Shown piece after piece: positions 38,171-48,021 of a stretch of DNA of 64,000 nucleotides. The stretch is from Minisyncoccota bacterium. Its GTDB lineage: Bacteria > Patescibacteriota > Minisyncoccia > Phycocordibacterales > JAACPR01. The DNA lies in contig JBAYWG010000002.1 in NCBI GenBank assembly GCA_041674225.1, forward strand, positions 34,841-98,840. The letters are read 5' to 3'. The position numbers and the translations under genes were made by a program. How positions within the stretch are numbered: position 1 is the stretch's first letter; each line of letters begins with the position of its first letter. The notes beneath the pieces are model-generated. The model was given only the letters and a program-made list of their open reading frames with translations, was not told where the DNA came from and did no database searches.

Positions 38171-38815
38171 ATGGGAACTTTAAAACAAGTAGTTGTGGCG
38201 ATTTTGGTTTTGGTATTGTTGGCAGGAATAATTATTTTTGCTACAAACAAAGTTGAACCAAATAAAATTGATAATAATAACGTAGCAGAAGTGAAGGAAG
38301 AGCAGAAATATAATTTAACTGAACTTAACGAAAAAAATATGAAGGCAACAATACAAACAAATAAAGGAAATATAGTTTTGGAATTATTTGCTGAACAAAC
38401 TCCAAAAACTGCAGGTAACTTTGCAAAATTAGCAAAAGAAGGATTTTATGACGGAACAAAATTTCACCGAGTGATTGATGGATTTATGATTCAAGGTGGT
38501 GATCCTCAAACAAAAGATGATTCACTTCAAATGAGATGGGGAACAGGTGGACCTGGGTATCAATTTGAAGATGAGATTGTTGCAGGTTTGAGCAATGTTG
38601 TTGGAACTATTTCAATGGCGAATGCTGGTCCAAACACAAACGGTAGTCAATTCTTTATAAACGTTGGAGACAACACTTTCCTAGATGGTAAACACGCTGT
38701 GTTTGGAAAAGTTATTGAAGGAATGGATATTGTGATGATGATTTCTCAAGTTCAAAAGAATGAAAGGGATGTGCCAGTAGAAGCGATTGTTTTGGAAAAA
38801 GTTACTGTTGAATAA
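38171..38815 (+). CDS. peptidyl-prolyl cis-trans isomerase, cyclophilin type, membrane-anchored
   Basis: FHRVIDGFMIQGGDP and SMANAGPNTNGSQFFI. Confidence 0.85.
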   Translation: MGTLKQVVVAILVLVLLAGIIIFATNKVEPNKIDNNNVAEVKEEQKYNLTELNEKNMKATIQTNKGNIVLELFAEQTPKTAGNFAKLAKEGFYDGTKFHRVIDGFMIQGGDPQTKDDSLQMRWGTGGPGYQFEDEIVAGLSNVVGTISMANAGPNTNGSQFFINVGDNTFLDGKHAVFGKVIEGMDIVMMISQVQKNERDVPVEAIVLEKVTVE

Positions 38816-39671
38816 ATAAAGAATAATCAATTTCTTTTTTTCCCTCAGGAATGACACGCAAAATCTCAAGCGTGTCATTTTTGTATTGTGCAGAAACAAT
38901 TTTCACACGAATTTGTTTTCCATTTTTTTCTGTAAAGAAATATGCTCCTGGGTGTGGAGTGTAGGCCATAATTTTTAGGAAGTTTTTTCGAGGTGAATCT
39001 GAAAGTTTAATTTCTGCGTCAGATTTTTCGATTTTTTTTGTGAAAGTTGCATCTGCGTGATTTTGCTCAACAGGTTCAATTTCACCGGATATGTAGTGCG
39101 GCAAAATTTTTGCCAAAATTTTGCCGCCAACCTCAGCCAACTTTGCAGATACAACATTTTTATTTTCCCATTCTTTAAATTCAACAATTTCTTGAGACAA
39201 AATAGGTCCATGATCAACTTTTTCATCAATCAACATTATTGTGACACCAGTTTTTAATTCATCATTTAAAATCGCTGTTTCGATCGGTGAAGGTCCTCGG
39301 TATTTTGGCAGAAGTGAAGGATGAACATTTACGATTCCTTTTTTTGGTATTTCTAAAACATCTTTGGGAATAATTTTTCCATAAGACACAACAACGAATG
39401 CATCCCAATCTAAATTTTTTCCGTCCTCATCTTTATAACTTTTTAGTTGCACAAAGAAATCTCCAGAAAGTCTTTCAGGTTGAAAGTTTTTAGTTCCGTT
39501 TTCTTCAGCCCAAATTTTTACAGGGCAGGGAGTTAATTTAAGACCTCGACCTTGCAAACTGTCCGGAGTTGTAATAATTAAATTCGGCATTAAGTCTGCA
39601 GATTTGAGTTGATTTAAAACATCAACGCTAAATTCGCTCGTGCCAAAAAATATGTAATTATTTTTTTTCAT
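38802..39671 (-). CDS. fmt: methionyl-tRNA formyltransferase
   Basis: NVHPSLLPKYRG motif; downstream of def. Confidence 0.85.
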   Translation of the reverse strand: MKKNNYIFFGTSEFSVDVLNQLKSADLMPNLIITTPDSLQGRGLKLTPCPVKIWAEENGTKNFQPERLSGDFFVQLKSYKDEDGKNLDWDAFVVVSYGKIIPKDVLEIPKKGIVNVHPSLLPKYRGPSPIETAILNDELKTGVTIMLIDEKVDHGPILSQEIVEFKEWENKNVVSAKLAEVGGKILAKILPHYISGEIEPVEQNHADATFTKKIEKSDAEIKLSDSPRKNFLKIMAYTPHPGAYFFTEKNGKQIRVKIVSAQYKNDTLEILRVIPEGKKEIDYSLFIQQ

Positions 39672-40167
39672 TATTTAATTTTAGTTCAGTTATGTTTGTG
39701 GCTTTGTCGATAAATAAAACGCCGTCTAGATGATCTATTTCGTGTTGAAAAATTTGTGCAAGTAGTCCAGCAGCTGAAACACTGAATTCATCTCCATTTT
39801 CATCTTTTGCTTCCACAGTCACCCGGCTAGATCTTTTTACTACTCCATAAAGCGGACGAACAGAAAGACATCCTTCATCCATTTTCTTTTTATCTTTTGA
39901 AATTTTTGTGATAACAGGATTTATGTAAACAAGTGGTAGATCTTTTGGCGCAGATCCGTCTTTCAAAATTTTTGGACTCACAACAAAGATTCTTTTTGTG
40001 ATTGCTATTTGAGGAGCGGCCAGTGCGACACCATCGTCTTGAGATTCTAATGCTTCGCGCATATCTTCCAGATTTTTCAAAAGTTTAACAGAACCGAATT
40101 CTTTTTCGGCTACTTCATCTGCAATTTTCCGCAGTGCTTTATGTCCGTCTTGAACAATTTCTACCAT
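39658..40167 (-). CDS. def: peptide deformylase
   Basis: GVALAAPQI, EGCLS, HEIDHLDG motifs; start placed at Met19 of ORF (MVEIVQDGHKALRK). Confidence 0.85.
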   Translation of the reverse strand: MVEIVQDGHKALRKIADEVAEKEFGSVKLLKNLEDMREALESQDDGVALAAPQIAITKRIFVVSPKILKDGSAPKDLPLVYINPVITKISKDKKKMDEGCLSVRPLYGVVKRSSRVTVEAKDENGDEFSVSAAGLLAQIFQHEIDHLDGVLFIDKATNITELKLNNEKK

Positions 40168-40214
40168 ATGGCCTAGTATATAGGAATTTTCAAAAGAAAA
40201 AACCCCCGAAGGGG

Positions 40215-40754
40215 TTACCAAGTTTCGCCATTTGGTTTTTCTTTATATTCTTTCAGTTTATAGACTGTTGTCTCATTAGCTTCGAGTTTTTCCCATCTTT
40301 TTGCAGGATTATTGTCGTTTTTGCGACTAAACAATTCAATTACTCTTTCCTTGATTAGACCCAGAGAAGGATGTAAATCGCTCTTGTTTATTTTCTCTGT
40401 TTGCAACTCTGTTCTTACTATTTGGAAATAGCTCGAGTTAGATTCAGAAATCTCTCGGACTGATTTAATAGGAATCGAATTAAAAGTGACACCCTTTTTC
40501 ATCAGTATTAATATTTTGTATTCTGGAACATATCCTCCGAAACCAACATTGTATTGCAGTACAATCACTGCAATTTTGCGGTCAAAGATTAACACCGGAT
40601 TAGTGATCATCTCACCTTTCTGGAGTAGGAGAGCAATTGTTTCCTCGAGTTTTTCGCAAAAATTACGAAACTTAAACATATCTTCTACACTGTTCATTTG
40701 TACTGTTGTTTGGAATTCAAATTCAAAACTACACTTCCAAAAATAAAAAGTCAA
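40215..40754 (-). CDS. hypothetical protein, tandem paralog A
   Basis: Paralogous to 40785..41291; terminator aacccccgaaggggtt overlaps its stop. Confidence 0.45.
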   Translation of the reverse strand: MTFYFWKCSFEFEFQTTVQMNSVEDMFKFRNFCEKLEETIALLLQKGEMITNPVLIFDRKIAVIVLQYNVGFGGYVPEYKILILMKKGVTFNSIPIKSVREISESNSSYFQIVRTELQTEKINKSDLHPSLGLIKERVIELFSRKNDNNPAKRWEKLEANETTVYKLKEYKEKPNGETW

Positions 40755-40784
40755 TTAAATAAAAAACCCCCGGAGGGGTTGTGG

Positions 40785-41291
40785 TTATTCTGGTGAAATA
40801 GTATAGGTGACTTGTTTTTCCGCATACAATTCCTCCCATCCATGTTGTGGAATTTCGGTGTTAATGTTAAAAATTCCTCCCATAACTTTTTTCAGCTGCT
40901 CGATTGCCTCAAGTTGTCTCTTGGCGAAAAATAATTGCTTATCTTCTGCGGGTTTAAATTCCGTTGTGGATTTAAAACTGGATGTAAGAACTAGATTTTT
41001 TACACAAGTATCCCATTCCATTTTGGTAATTACTTCAAGATTACCACAAGGATCCCAATTGAATCCCTTTGGAATTATCACAATCAATTCAACTACTGTG
41101 AATTCCGGAGGAATCCCCGCATCACCTGAGTTTTCACAGATAACTAAACCTGCTAATTTTCTGTCATAGATTTGAATTGGACTCACAATATCAAATCCTC
41201 TTTTCTGAAAATTTAATAAGTCAGTGATAGAATCAGTCAATTCATTAATAAAGTTTACAAAAGCATACGCATCTTTTATACCTGGACTCAT
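40785..41291 (-). CDS. hypothetical protein, tandem paralog B
   Basis: Shares IYDRK...PEF...KG motifs and duplicated UTR/terminator (aacccccggaggggtt). Confidence 0.45.
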   Translation of the reverse strand: MSPGIKDAYAFVNFINELTDSITDLLNFQKRGFDIVSPIQIYDRKLAGLVICENSGDAGIPPEFTVVELIVIIPKGFNWDPCGNLEVITKMEWDTCVKNLVLTSSFKSTTEFKPAEDKQLFFAKRQLEAIEQLKKVMGGIFNINTEIPQHGWEELYAEKQVTYTISPE

Positions 41292-41370
41292 TATAATGTA
41301 CTTAATTGGTTAGTTTTGAATTCAAATCTCAAAATACACCTCTAAAAAATAAAAGTCAATTTGCGAAAAA

Positions 41371-43275
41371 TTAAAGTACACTCGGAGTATCAACGATGAT
41401 TTTGAATTGTGGGGGAAGAGTCATTAATTTCTTTCGGAGCGTTTCGTCAGGCCAACTTTTTGGATCAATTTTCAAAACTCCGTTCCAAATCATTTTACCT
41501 TTTTGTCTTTCTGTAAAAGCTGGATAAACCAAAAGATCATAAGGCTCTAGAAATTTCTTTGCTTCCAAAATCGCTTTCTCGGCAGCTTTCGGTGTACCTC
41601 CAACAGAAATTTTTATCAATCGCACAAAAGGCGGATAGCTATATTTTTTTCGATCACAAAATTCATTTCGATAAAAATCCGCTAAGTTTCCTTGTCGAGC
41701 ATTTTCAAAAATAGTATCGTCTGCACGCCGTGTACTGATTTGAAATCTTCTTGTAGCTTTGGCACGTAGACGAAGCAGAATTCTCAAAATTCTTTCACGA
41801 ATAGCAAAGTCTGGAATTGAAAAAAGAGAATCAATCGAAGCAATTAAAACATTTTCAACTGGTTCGTTCATATAGTGAAGTGCCATTTCTGTCCCGATTA
41901 ATACACTTCCTGGTTTTGCATAAAAAGCCTCAATAATTTCTCGTGCTTGTTTAGAAGTCTTTGCATGCTGACTATCTAAAATAAATAAATTTAAATCAGG
42001 AAATGTTTCTTTTATTTTTTCTGCGACACCTTCGACTCCGATTCCAAGCATTTGCAATCTCCAGCTATCACAATGCGCACATTTTTCTCCTGCTCTCCGC
42101 ACATCTCCGCAAGTGTGACATTGAAAAATATTTCCACCTTGTGTTGGATCTTTCCCGTACAAAACTACGGGAGTACTACAGTTTTTGCATATCACCACAG
42201 TTCCACAATCAGAACACACAATAGATGGCGCTAATCCACGGCGTGCTGTGAAAATAAAAGTATTTTCGTTTTCTGATTTTGCGCTCTTTAAAATCTCAAA
42301 AGTTTCGTTTGATAAAATTGAAAAAACATTTCCAGAATTTGAATAATCTTTTTTCATGTCGATTATTTTTGATTCTGCTGTTGAAAGAGCACGAAACTTC
42401 AATGTCCCTTCTTCTAAAAATTCATGAGTGTCATATCGAGACAATGTCTCTACGCGCAAAGCAATATCTCCCAAGAAAAATCTCGCTCCGATAATGCTCG
42501 CATAATTTTCTGCGCAATTTCTAATATCTATATACGGCATAAATTGAGTTCGATATGAATTAGAACTTTCTTGTTCAATTATGATTGTGCCAATATCGTG
42601 GCGTGGAATTGAGATAAAGCTTCCAGTTCCGATAATCAAAACCGGTCGATTGTGTTCGATGACATTGTTCCAAGATTTTATAAGTTGAGATTTTGTCATT
42701 GCGCTGTTGAAAGTGAAGGTGTGGTCTTCGATTCCTTTAGAAATTAATTTCTTGGTTCTTTCTATGTCTTCGATTGTTGGACAAATAAAAATCACTGAAC
42801 TATTTCTCGCAAAAGATTCTCGAACCAAACTTTTATAACTCGCATATCTTTCATCAAACTGATCTTGAATTACATATTTTTCACTTTGTTCATTTAAATC
42901 ACAGGGAGATATTTGAGATGGTGGATTTTTTAATTCTTTTATATTTTCAAATATTTTTTTCGGAACCAGTGCGCTGATAATTGCTCCTGTTGATGTTGCA
43001 AAATGTTCAGCCGATTTTCCACAAGCTTCTATGAATTGATTTTGTAGGATTGTATTTTTTGAAATTCCACGAATTCTTTTTAAAGTAAATTTTTGAGATT
43101 TTAATTCTTCTTTGCTTGCGAGCGCTGGTTTTTTATTCAAAACTATTCCGTTGACAATCTTTTTCCGTAGTTCAATTGTCACTAAAGATCCTATCTCAAT
43201 ATCTTTGGTCGAAAAATAAGACAGGTGCTCCACCCGAATACTTTTAGTTAATGGCATTATCTCGAGAATATACAT
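41371..43275 (-). CDS. priA: primosomal protein N' (PriA) homolog with degenerate ATPase motifs
   Basis: Aligns to E. coli PriA helicase core (PVLIIGTGSFISIPRHDIGTIIIEQESSNSYRTQ vs IVIGTRSALF...VIVIDEEHDSSYKQQ); Cys4 zinc ribbons CSDCG...CKNC...CHTCG...CAHC; Walker A replaced by DERYASYKS and DEEH by EQES. Confidence 0.7.
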   Translation of the reverse strand: MYILEIMPLTKSIRVEHLSYFSTKDIEIGSLVTIELRKKIVNGIVLNKKPALASKEELKSQKFTLKRIRGISKNTILQNQFIEACGKSAEHFATSTGAIISALVPKKIFENIKELKNPPSQISPCDLNEQSEKYVIQDQFDERYASYKSLVRESFARNSSVIFICPTIEDIERTKKLISKGIEDHTFTFNSAMTKSQLIKSWNNVIEHNRPVLIIGTGSFISIPRHDIGTIIIEQESSNSYRTQFMPYIDIRNCAENYASIIGARFFLGDIALRVETLSRYDTHEFLEEGTLKFRALSTAESKIIDMKKDYSNSGNVFSILSNETFEILKSAKSENENTFIFTARRGLAPSIVCSDCGTVVICKNCSTPVVLYGKDPTQGGNIFQCHTCGDVRRAGEKCAHCDSWRLQMLGIGVEGVAEKIKETFPDLNLFILDSQHAKTSKQAREIIEAFYAKPGSVLIGTEMALHYMNEPVENVLIASIDSLFSIPDFAIRERILRILLRLRAKATRRFQISTRRADDTIFENARQGNLADFYRNEFCDRKKYSYPPFVRLIKISVGGTPKAAEKAILEAKKFLEPYDLLVYPAFTERQKGKMIWNGVLKIDPKSWPDETLRKKLMTLPPQFKIIVDTPSVL

Positions 43276-43342
43276 AATTTGTTGATTTCACTATTCTTCC
43301 AAAAAGTAGGAAAATAAGCTAGACTTTGCGTACTAAAACTCT

Positions 43343-44356
43343 ATGGGATTTTTCACACCAAAATTAGGTATCGATTTAGGAACTGCTAACACCCTTGTTT
43401 TTGCACCTGGAAGGGGAGTTATCTTGAATGAACCATCTGTTGTGGCTGTTTCAGAACAAGACAATAAAATCTTGGCCGTGGGTAATGAAGCTAAAGAAAT
43501 GATTGGTAGAACTCCTGAAAGTATTGTGGCGTATCGACCGATGCGTGATGGTGTAATTGCTGATTATCGTGTGACAGAAGCGATGCTTAGTTATTATTTT
43601 TCAAAAGCTCTAGGTAAATGGAATATTTGGAAACCAGAAGTAATGGTGAGTGTGCCAGCAGGTGTGACTTCGACAGAACGTCGAGCTGTAATCGAAGCTG
43701 CTATTAAAGCTGGAGCAAAAAATGCATACGTGGTGAAAGAACCGATTCTTGCTGCTATCGGTGCTGGAATTCCAATTCATGAAGCGCAAGGTCACATGGT
43801 GGTAGATATCGGAGGAGGAACAACTGACGTCGCTGTGATTTCTTTAGGAGGAATTGTTGCTTCTACTTCTGTGAAAGTTGCCGGAAATAAAATTGATCAA
43901 GCAATAATTGATTACATTAAAAAAACTTTCAATCTTGCGATCGGAGATAAAACTGCAGAGCAGATAAAAATAAAAGTTGGTTCAGCCGTTTTTCTAGAAG
44001 AAGAATTGGAAATGATTATTAAAGGAAGAGATTATCTAACAGGTCTTCCGCGTTCTACAAGTATAAAAACAAATGAAATTGTAAAAGCAATAAGTCGTGA
44101 ACTTCGAGAAATGATTAAAGCGATTAAAGATGTGTTGCAAGAAACTCCACCTGAATTGGCTGCAGATATTATTGATCACGGAATTACGATGACAGGAGGT
44201 TCTTCAATGCTCCGGAATCTTCCAGAACTTGTTTATCGTCGAACAGGTGTGAAAGCACAACTCGCAAAAGATCCTCTATATTGCGTGGCAAAGGGAACCG
44301 GAATTGCTTTGAACCATTTGGATACTTATAAGAAGACAATAATCACTAAACGATAA
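43343..44356 (+). CDS. mreB: rod shape-determining protein MreB (paralog 1, stand-alone)
   Basis: LGIDLGTANTLVF...NEPSVVAV; actin-fold motifs. Confidence 0.85.
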   Translation: MGFFTPKLGIDLGTANTLVFAPGRGVILNEPSVVAVSEQDNKILAVGNEAKEMIGRTPESIVAYRPMRDGVIADYRVTEAMLSYYFSKALGKWNIWKPEVMVSVPAGVTSTERRAVIEAAIKAGAKNAYVVKEPILAAIGAGIPIHEAQGHMVVDIGGGTTDVAVISLGGIVASTSVKVAGNKIDQAIIDYIKKTFNLAIGDKTAEQIKIKVGSAVFLEEELEMIIKGRDYLTGLPRSTSIKTNEIVKAISRELREMIKAIKDVLQETPPELAADIIDHGITMTGGSSMLRNLPELVYRRTGVKAQLAKDPLYCVAKGTGIALNHLDTYKKTIITKR

Positions 44357-44358
44357 AC

Positions 44359-44491
44359 ACACAGAAAATTACTAATTCACAGACGCGCGTTCGAGAATTT
44401 TTAAATGCTTCGCATTCAAAAATCTCTCGCCGCTACAGGCTCGGCCTTGAAGGGCCTGCGCAGTGTCTGTGAATTAGTAATTTTCTGTGTG
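44359..44491. repeat. 28-bp perfect inverted repeats flanking a 77-bp GC-richer core (MITE-like element or long hairpin RNA)
   Basis: acacacagaaaattactaattcacagac ... gtctgtgaattagtaattttctgtgtgt. Confidence 0.5.
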
Positions 44492-44765
44492 TTTGTACTT
44501 TAATTAAATTGTTATAAAAGAAAATGAGCTCTGTCGGTGTGAAAACCGACAGAGCTCGCTCAAACTTGATTTAACTCAAGTTTGATCTTAACGTCCGGTG
44601 CAGTCAGTGCCTCATTTTGTGTCTTTCGACTACCGGTCTACGAAACAAGTTCGTAGTTAGAGCTGTTGAATTTTATAATACACTTTTTGTTAAAAAGCAA
44701 GTAATGTGGTTTTAAATAAAACAGGACACACTCTAGTGAGTGTGTCCTTGTGCTTGTGTTGTGTT

Positions 44766-45035
44766 TTAAAACAACTGGATACCCATTAATGGTATTTTAA
44801 AAACACAGCAAATCCCAAATGAAATCACAAATACTGTCCCCACAGTTTTGCCTGGAGTATAAGTTTTTTTTGCGTAAGTTTCAAAAAGTCTTAACCTTGA
44901 TTTGGAAAAAAAATCAATGCCAAGACACACTATTGCTCCAAACATCCATACTGCATATAGCAAGAACGAAGTGTTAATTGCCAGCTCACATAGTAGTAAA
45001 AGAACATCTTTTTTCATTTCAATATATAAACACAA
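44766..45035 (-). CDS. small membrane protein, hypothetical
   Basis: 89 aa, 2-3 TM helices. Confidence 0.3.
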   Translation of the reverse strand: MCLYIEMKKDVLLLLCELAINTSFLLYAVWMFGAIVCLGIDFFSKSRLRLFETYAKKTYTPGKTVGTVFVISFGICCVFKIPLMGIQLF

Positions 45036-45083
45036 TATTAGATTTATGTCAATTAAACATAATCTATTTCATACTGCTATAAT

Positions 45084-45791
45084 TTGAGCATGCAAAGTTT
45101 AATTGACTCATATAAAAACACAGGCACATTGCATCATGCGTATGTTGTGGAAGGCGAGACGGATCACGCTTATAAAAACGTATGTGATTTTTGCGAGAAG
45201 GATTTAAATTTTCAGATAAAGGCCAATCCACATTTTATTTACGAAGCATACGATAAATTTTTGGTTGATGACGCACGGCGAATTCGAGAGTTGCAAATGA
45301 ATAAAACAAAAGAAGGTCAAAGAAAGATTTTTGTAATCTCTTTTAATTTTATTACAGAGCAAGCACAAAATTCTTTGCTAAAAGTTTTGGAAGAACCAAC
45401 CAAAGGAACTCACTTTTTTATTTTGACACCATCTTCAGAAGTTTTTCTAGATACAATTCGTTCGCGCGTTTCGATTCTTAGTGCAATCGGTACAACAGAA
45501 AATTCTGAGGCATTAGATTTTCTTTCTCTGAGTGTACCTAAAAGAATTAAATTTATTGCTAATTTAGTGCAAAAAATAAAAGATGAAAAAGCTAGTAAAT
45601 TTGATGCGATCAAATTGATTAAAGGTTTAGAAATAGAAATTCATAAAAAAGCAGTTTCAAATTCTGCTACTCCAGAAGAAAGAAAAGAATATTTTAAAAA
45701 ATTAAAAAACATCAATAAAGTTGGGGATTATTTAAATGACAATTCTGCTTCTGTAAAACAAATTCTCGAATATACTTCGACCATAATTTAA
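45084..45791 (+). CDS. holB: DNA polymerase III delta'-like clamp-loader subunit (no P-loop)
   Basis: LHHAYVVEGE resembles HAYLFxG of HolB; AAA+ lid-like region. Confidence 0.45.
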   Translation: MSMQSLIDSYKNTGTLHHAYVVEGETDHAYKNVCDFCEKDLNFQIKANPHFIYEAYDKFLVDDARRIRELQMNKTKEGQRKIFVISFNFITEQAQNSLLKVLEEPTKGTHFFILTPSSEVFLDTIRSRVSILSAIGTTENSEALDFLSLSVPKRIKFIANLVQKIKDEKASKFDAIKLIKGLEIEIHKKAVSNSATPEERKEYFKKLKNINKVGDYLNDNSASVKQILEYTSTII

Positions 45792-45830
45792 TTTTTACTA
45801 AAAAGCTGATTTCTGCTAATATATAAACAT

Positions 45831-46385
45831 ATGTCATACGATTTTTCAGATTTCAAAAAACAACTTATTAATATTGAGGATTGGTTAAAAAAAGAATTTT
45901 CAGGTTTACGGGCTGGGCGTGCGAGTATTTCTATTTTAGATAATGTTTTTGTAGAATCTTATGGTTCAAAAATGTCTCTAAATCAAGTAGCTAGTCTTTC
46001 TGTGGAAGATTCTCGAACAATTAGAATTTCTCCTTGGGACAAAACTCTAGTTGGCTCAATCGAAAAGGCGATTACTCTTGCTGATATTGGTGTTTCAACT
46101 GTTTCTGATGGAGAAGGTGTACGTGCAATTTTTCCAATTCTTACAACAGAGAACAGAGAAAAACTTGTGAAGGTAGCAAAAAACAAAACTGAAGAAGCAA
46201 AAATTTCTGTAAGAAATGATAGAGCGACTGTTGTTAAGGAAATTGAAGCTGCACAAAAAAGTGGAGAGCTACCAGAAGACGATGCAAAAAGAGACAAAGA
46301 AAGTGTTCAGAAAATGGTAGATGAGGCAAATACGAAACTAGATATTTTGTTTAAGCAAAAAGAAGAAGAAATTCTATGTCAATAA
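45831..46385 (+). CDS. frr: ribosome recycling factor
   Basis: 184 aa; LRAGRASISILDNV...RISPWDK. Confidence 0.9.
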   Translation: MSYDFSDFKKQLINIEDWLKKEFSGLRAGRASISILDNVFVESYGSKMSLNQVASLSVEDSRTIRISPWDKTLVGSIEKAITLADIGVSTVSDGEGVRAIFPILTTENREKLVKVAKNKTEEAKISVRNDRATVVKEIEAAQKSGELPEDDAKRDKESVQKMVDEANTKLDILFKQKEEEILCQ

Positions 46386-47473
46386 TTATTTTCCTAATAA
46401 TTTTAGGTGTACTGATTTTTGTCCACGAGTTGGGGCATTTTTCAATTGCAAAATGGGCAAAGATTCGCGTAGATGAATTTGCTGTTGGTTTTCCTCCGAA
46501 AATAATTTCTTATACAAAAAACGGCACAAAATACGCTTTGAATTTAATTCCTTTTGGAGGTTATGTGAAAATTTTTGGAGAAAATCCAGATGAAGAATCT
46601 TTGAATCCAGAAGCTGATAATAGCTTTGTAAATAAAAGTAAATGGATACAAGCGGCTGTTTTGATCGCTGGAATTACTTTCAATATTATTTTTGCGTGGA
46701 TGCTTATAAGTGCTAGCTACATGATGAGTTTCCCTGCAATTGTAAATGAAGAGAATTTTTCTAAAGTAGAAAATGTACAAACTCACATCACACATGTTGC
46801 TCCTGGAAGCCCTGCAGAAAATTCTGGACTGCAAGTTGGAGATACGATTCAAAGTTTAATTGCTGGAGAAAACAGTTTATTAAAAACTGAACAAACTAAA
46901 ATTGAAGATATTCAAAATTTCATTGCAGAAAATTCCGAAGAGGAAATTAAAATTGTTGTAGATAGAAATGATGAAGAACAAACTTTTTCTGTTGTGCCAA
47001 CAAGTGGTTTGGTGGAGGGAAAGAAAACAATCGGAATTGTGATGTCTGAATTGGGAGATTTGCAATTGAGTTTTTTTCCAGCACTATGGCAAGGTGCTAA
47101 AACAACTGCTACTTTGTTGAAAGAAACAGCTGTTGGTCTGGCTTTATTTATTGGTACAGCAATTACCGGCCAAGCAAATCTTGATCAAGTATCTGGTCCT
47201 GTTGGAATTGTTGGTCATGTAGGAGACGCTGCACAATTTGGATTTTCTTATCTACTTACTTTCACTGCATTTATTTCAATTAACCTGGCTGTGATAAATC
47301 TAATTCCTTTTCCAGCATTAGACGGTGGAAGATTACTTTTTGTTGCGATCGAAGGAATAATTAAAAAACCAATCAAACCAAAAATTGCGAATACTTTAAA
47401 CTTAATCGGATTCGCACTTCTAATGCTTCTCATGATTTCTGTAACTGTTAGCGATATTGTAAAACTTTTCTAG
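46376..47473 (+). CDS. rseP: RseP-like site-2 zinc metalloprotease (M50) with PDZ domain
   Basis: HELGHF HExxH motif; LDGG; PDZ region. Confidence 0.8.
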   Translation: MSIIIFLIILGVLIFVHELGHFSIAKWAKIRVDEFAVGFPPKIISYTKNGTKYALNLIPFGGYVKIFGENPDEESLNPEADNSFVNKSKWIQAAVLIAGITFNIIFAWMLISASYMMSFPAIVNEENFSKVENVQTHITHVAPGSPAENSGLQVGDTIQSLIAGENSLLKTEQTKIEDIQNFIAENSEEEIKIVVDRNDEEQTFSVVPTSGLVEGKKTIGIVMSELGDLQLSFFPALWQGAKTTATLLKETAVGLALFIGTAITGQANLDQVSGPVGIVGHVGDAAQFGFSYLLTFTAFISINLAVINLIPFPALDGGRLLFVAIEGIIKKPIKPKIANTLNLIGFALLMLLMISVTVSDIVKLF

Positions 47474-47494
47474 ATAGTGTATTTTCATTTTTAG

Positions 47495-47962
47495 ATGAAA
47501 AGAATTTTCACTGATCTTGCTACTAACTATATTTATAGTGTCTTTGTTGAATTGACTTATGAACAGAAAAACAAGGCATACTTCAACTTCGCTTTTGAGA
47601 GTGAACAGGTAAAATCGGATATCGTTATTGTTGATTCATTTGATGAACTGATTAATTTCGAGAAACTTTTCGAAGATTATATATTGAAGCGCATTAAAGA
47701 AAACCGGCCAATTATTTTCATAATCGAAACCGTTTGTGAAAAATCTGAGAAACCTTGCAGAAATTTTGAGGAGGTGTGTGATGTTTTGTACATTTGTGAT
47801 TCTGAATATATTCATGAATTAATCTCTAGTATGATTCCTCCCGTAGTCGTTTTACCAGAGACGCTAATTGCTGATAAACCGAAGGTTGTTTGCAACTTCG
47901 GTTTGTATCTAACTCTTTGTTCGGAGTCGGAAAAATATAAACTTCAACCAATCTTTGACTAA
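47495..47962 (+). CDS. hypothetical protein
   Basis: 155 aa ORF. Confidence 0.4.
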   Translation: MKRIFTDLATNYIYSVFVELTYEQKNKAYFNFAFESEQVKSDIVIVDSFDELINFEKLFEDYILKRIKENRPIIFIIETVCEKSEKPCRNFEEVCDVLYICDSEYIHELISSMIPPVVVLPETLIADKPKVVCNFGLYLTLCSESEKYKLQPIFD

Positions 47963-47969
47963 AACCAAC

Positions 47970-47994
47970 AACCGCCTCGCGCGGTTTTTTCTTT
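47970..47994 (+). terminator. rho-independent terminator
   Basis: aaccgc-ctcgc-gcggtt then tttttcttt. Confidence 0.6.
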
Positions 47995-48021
47995 TATATG
48001 AACAAAAGATAGTATAGAATA

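Noticed and set aside
40168-40221. 18-aa N-terminal extension of def
   Set aside because: PDF family N-terminus aligns to Met19 (MVEIVQDGHKALRK). The extension overlaps the neighbouring gene end and terminator.
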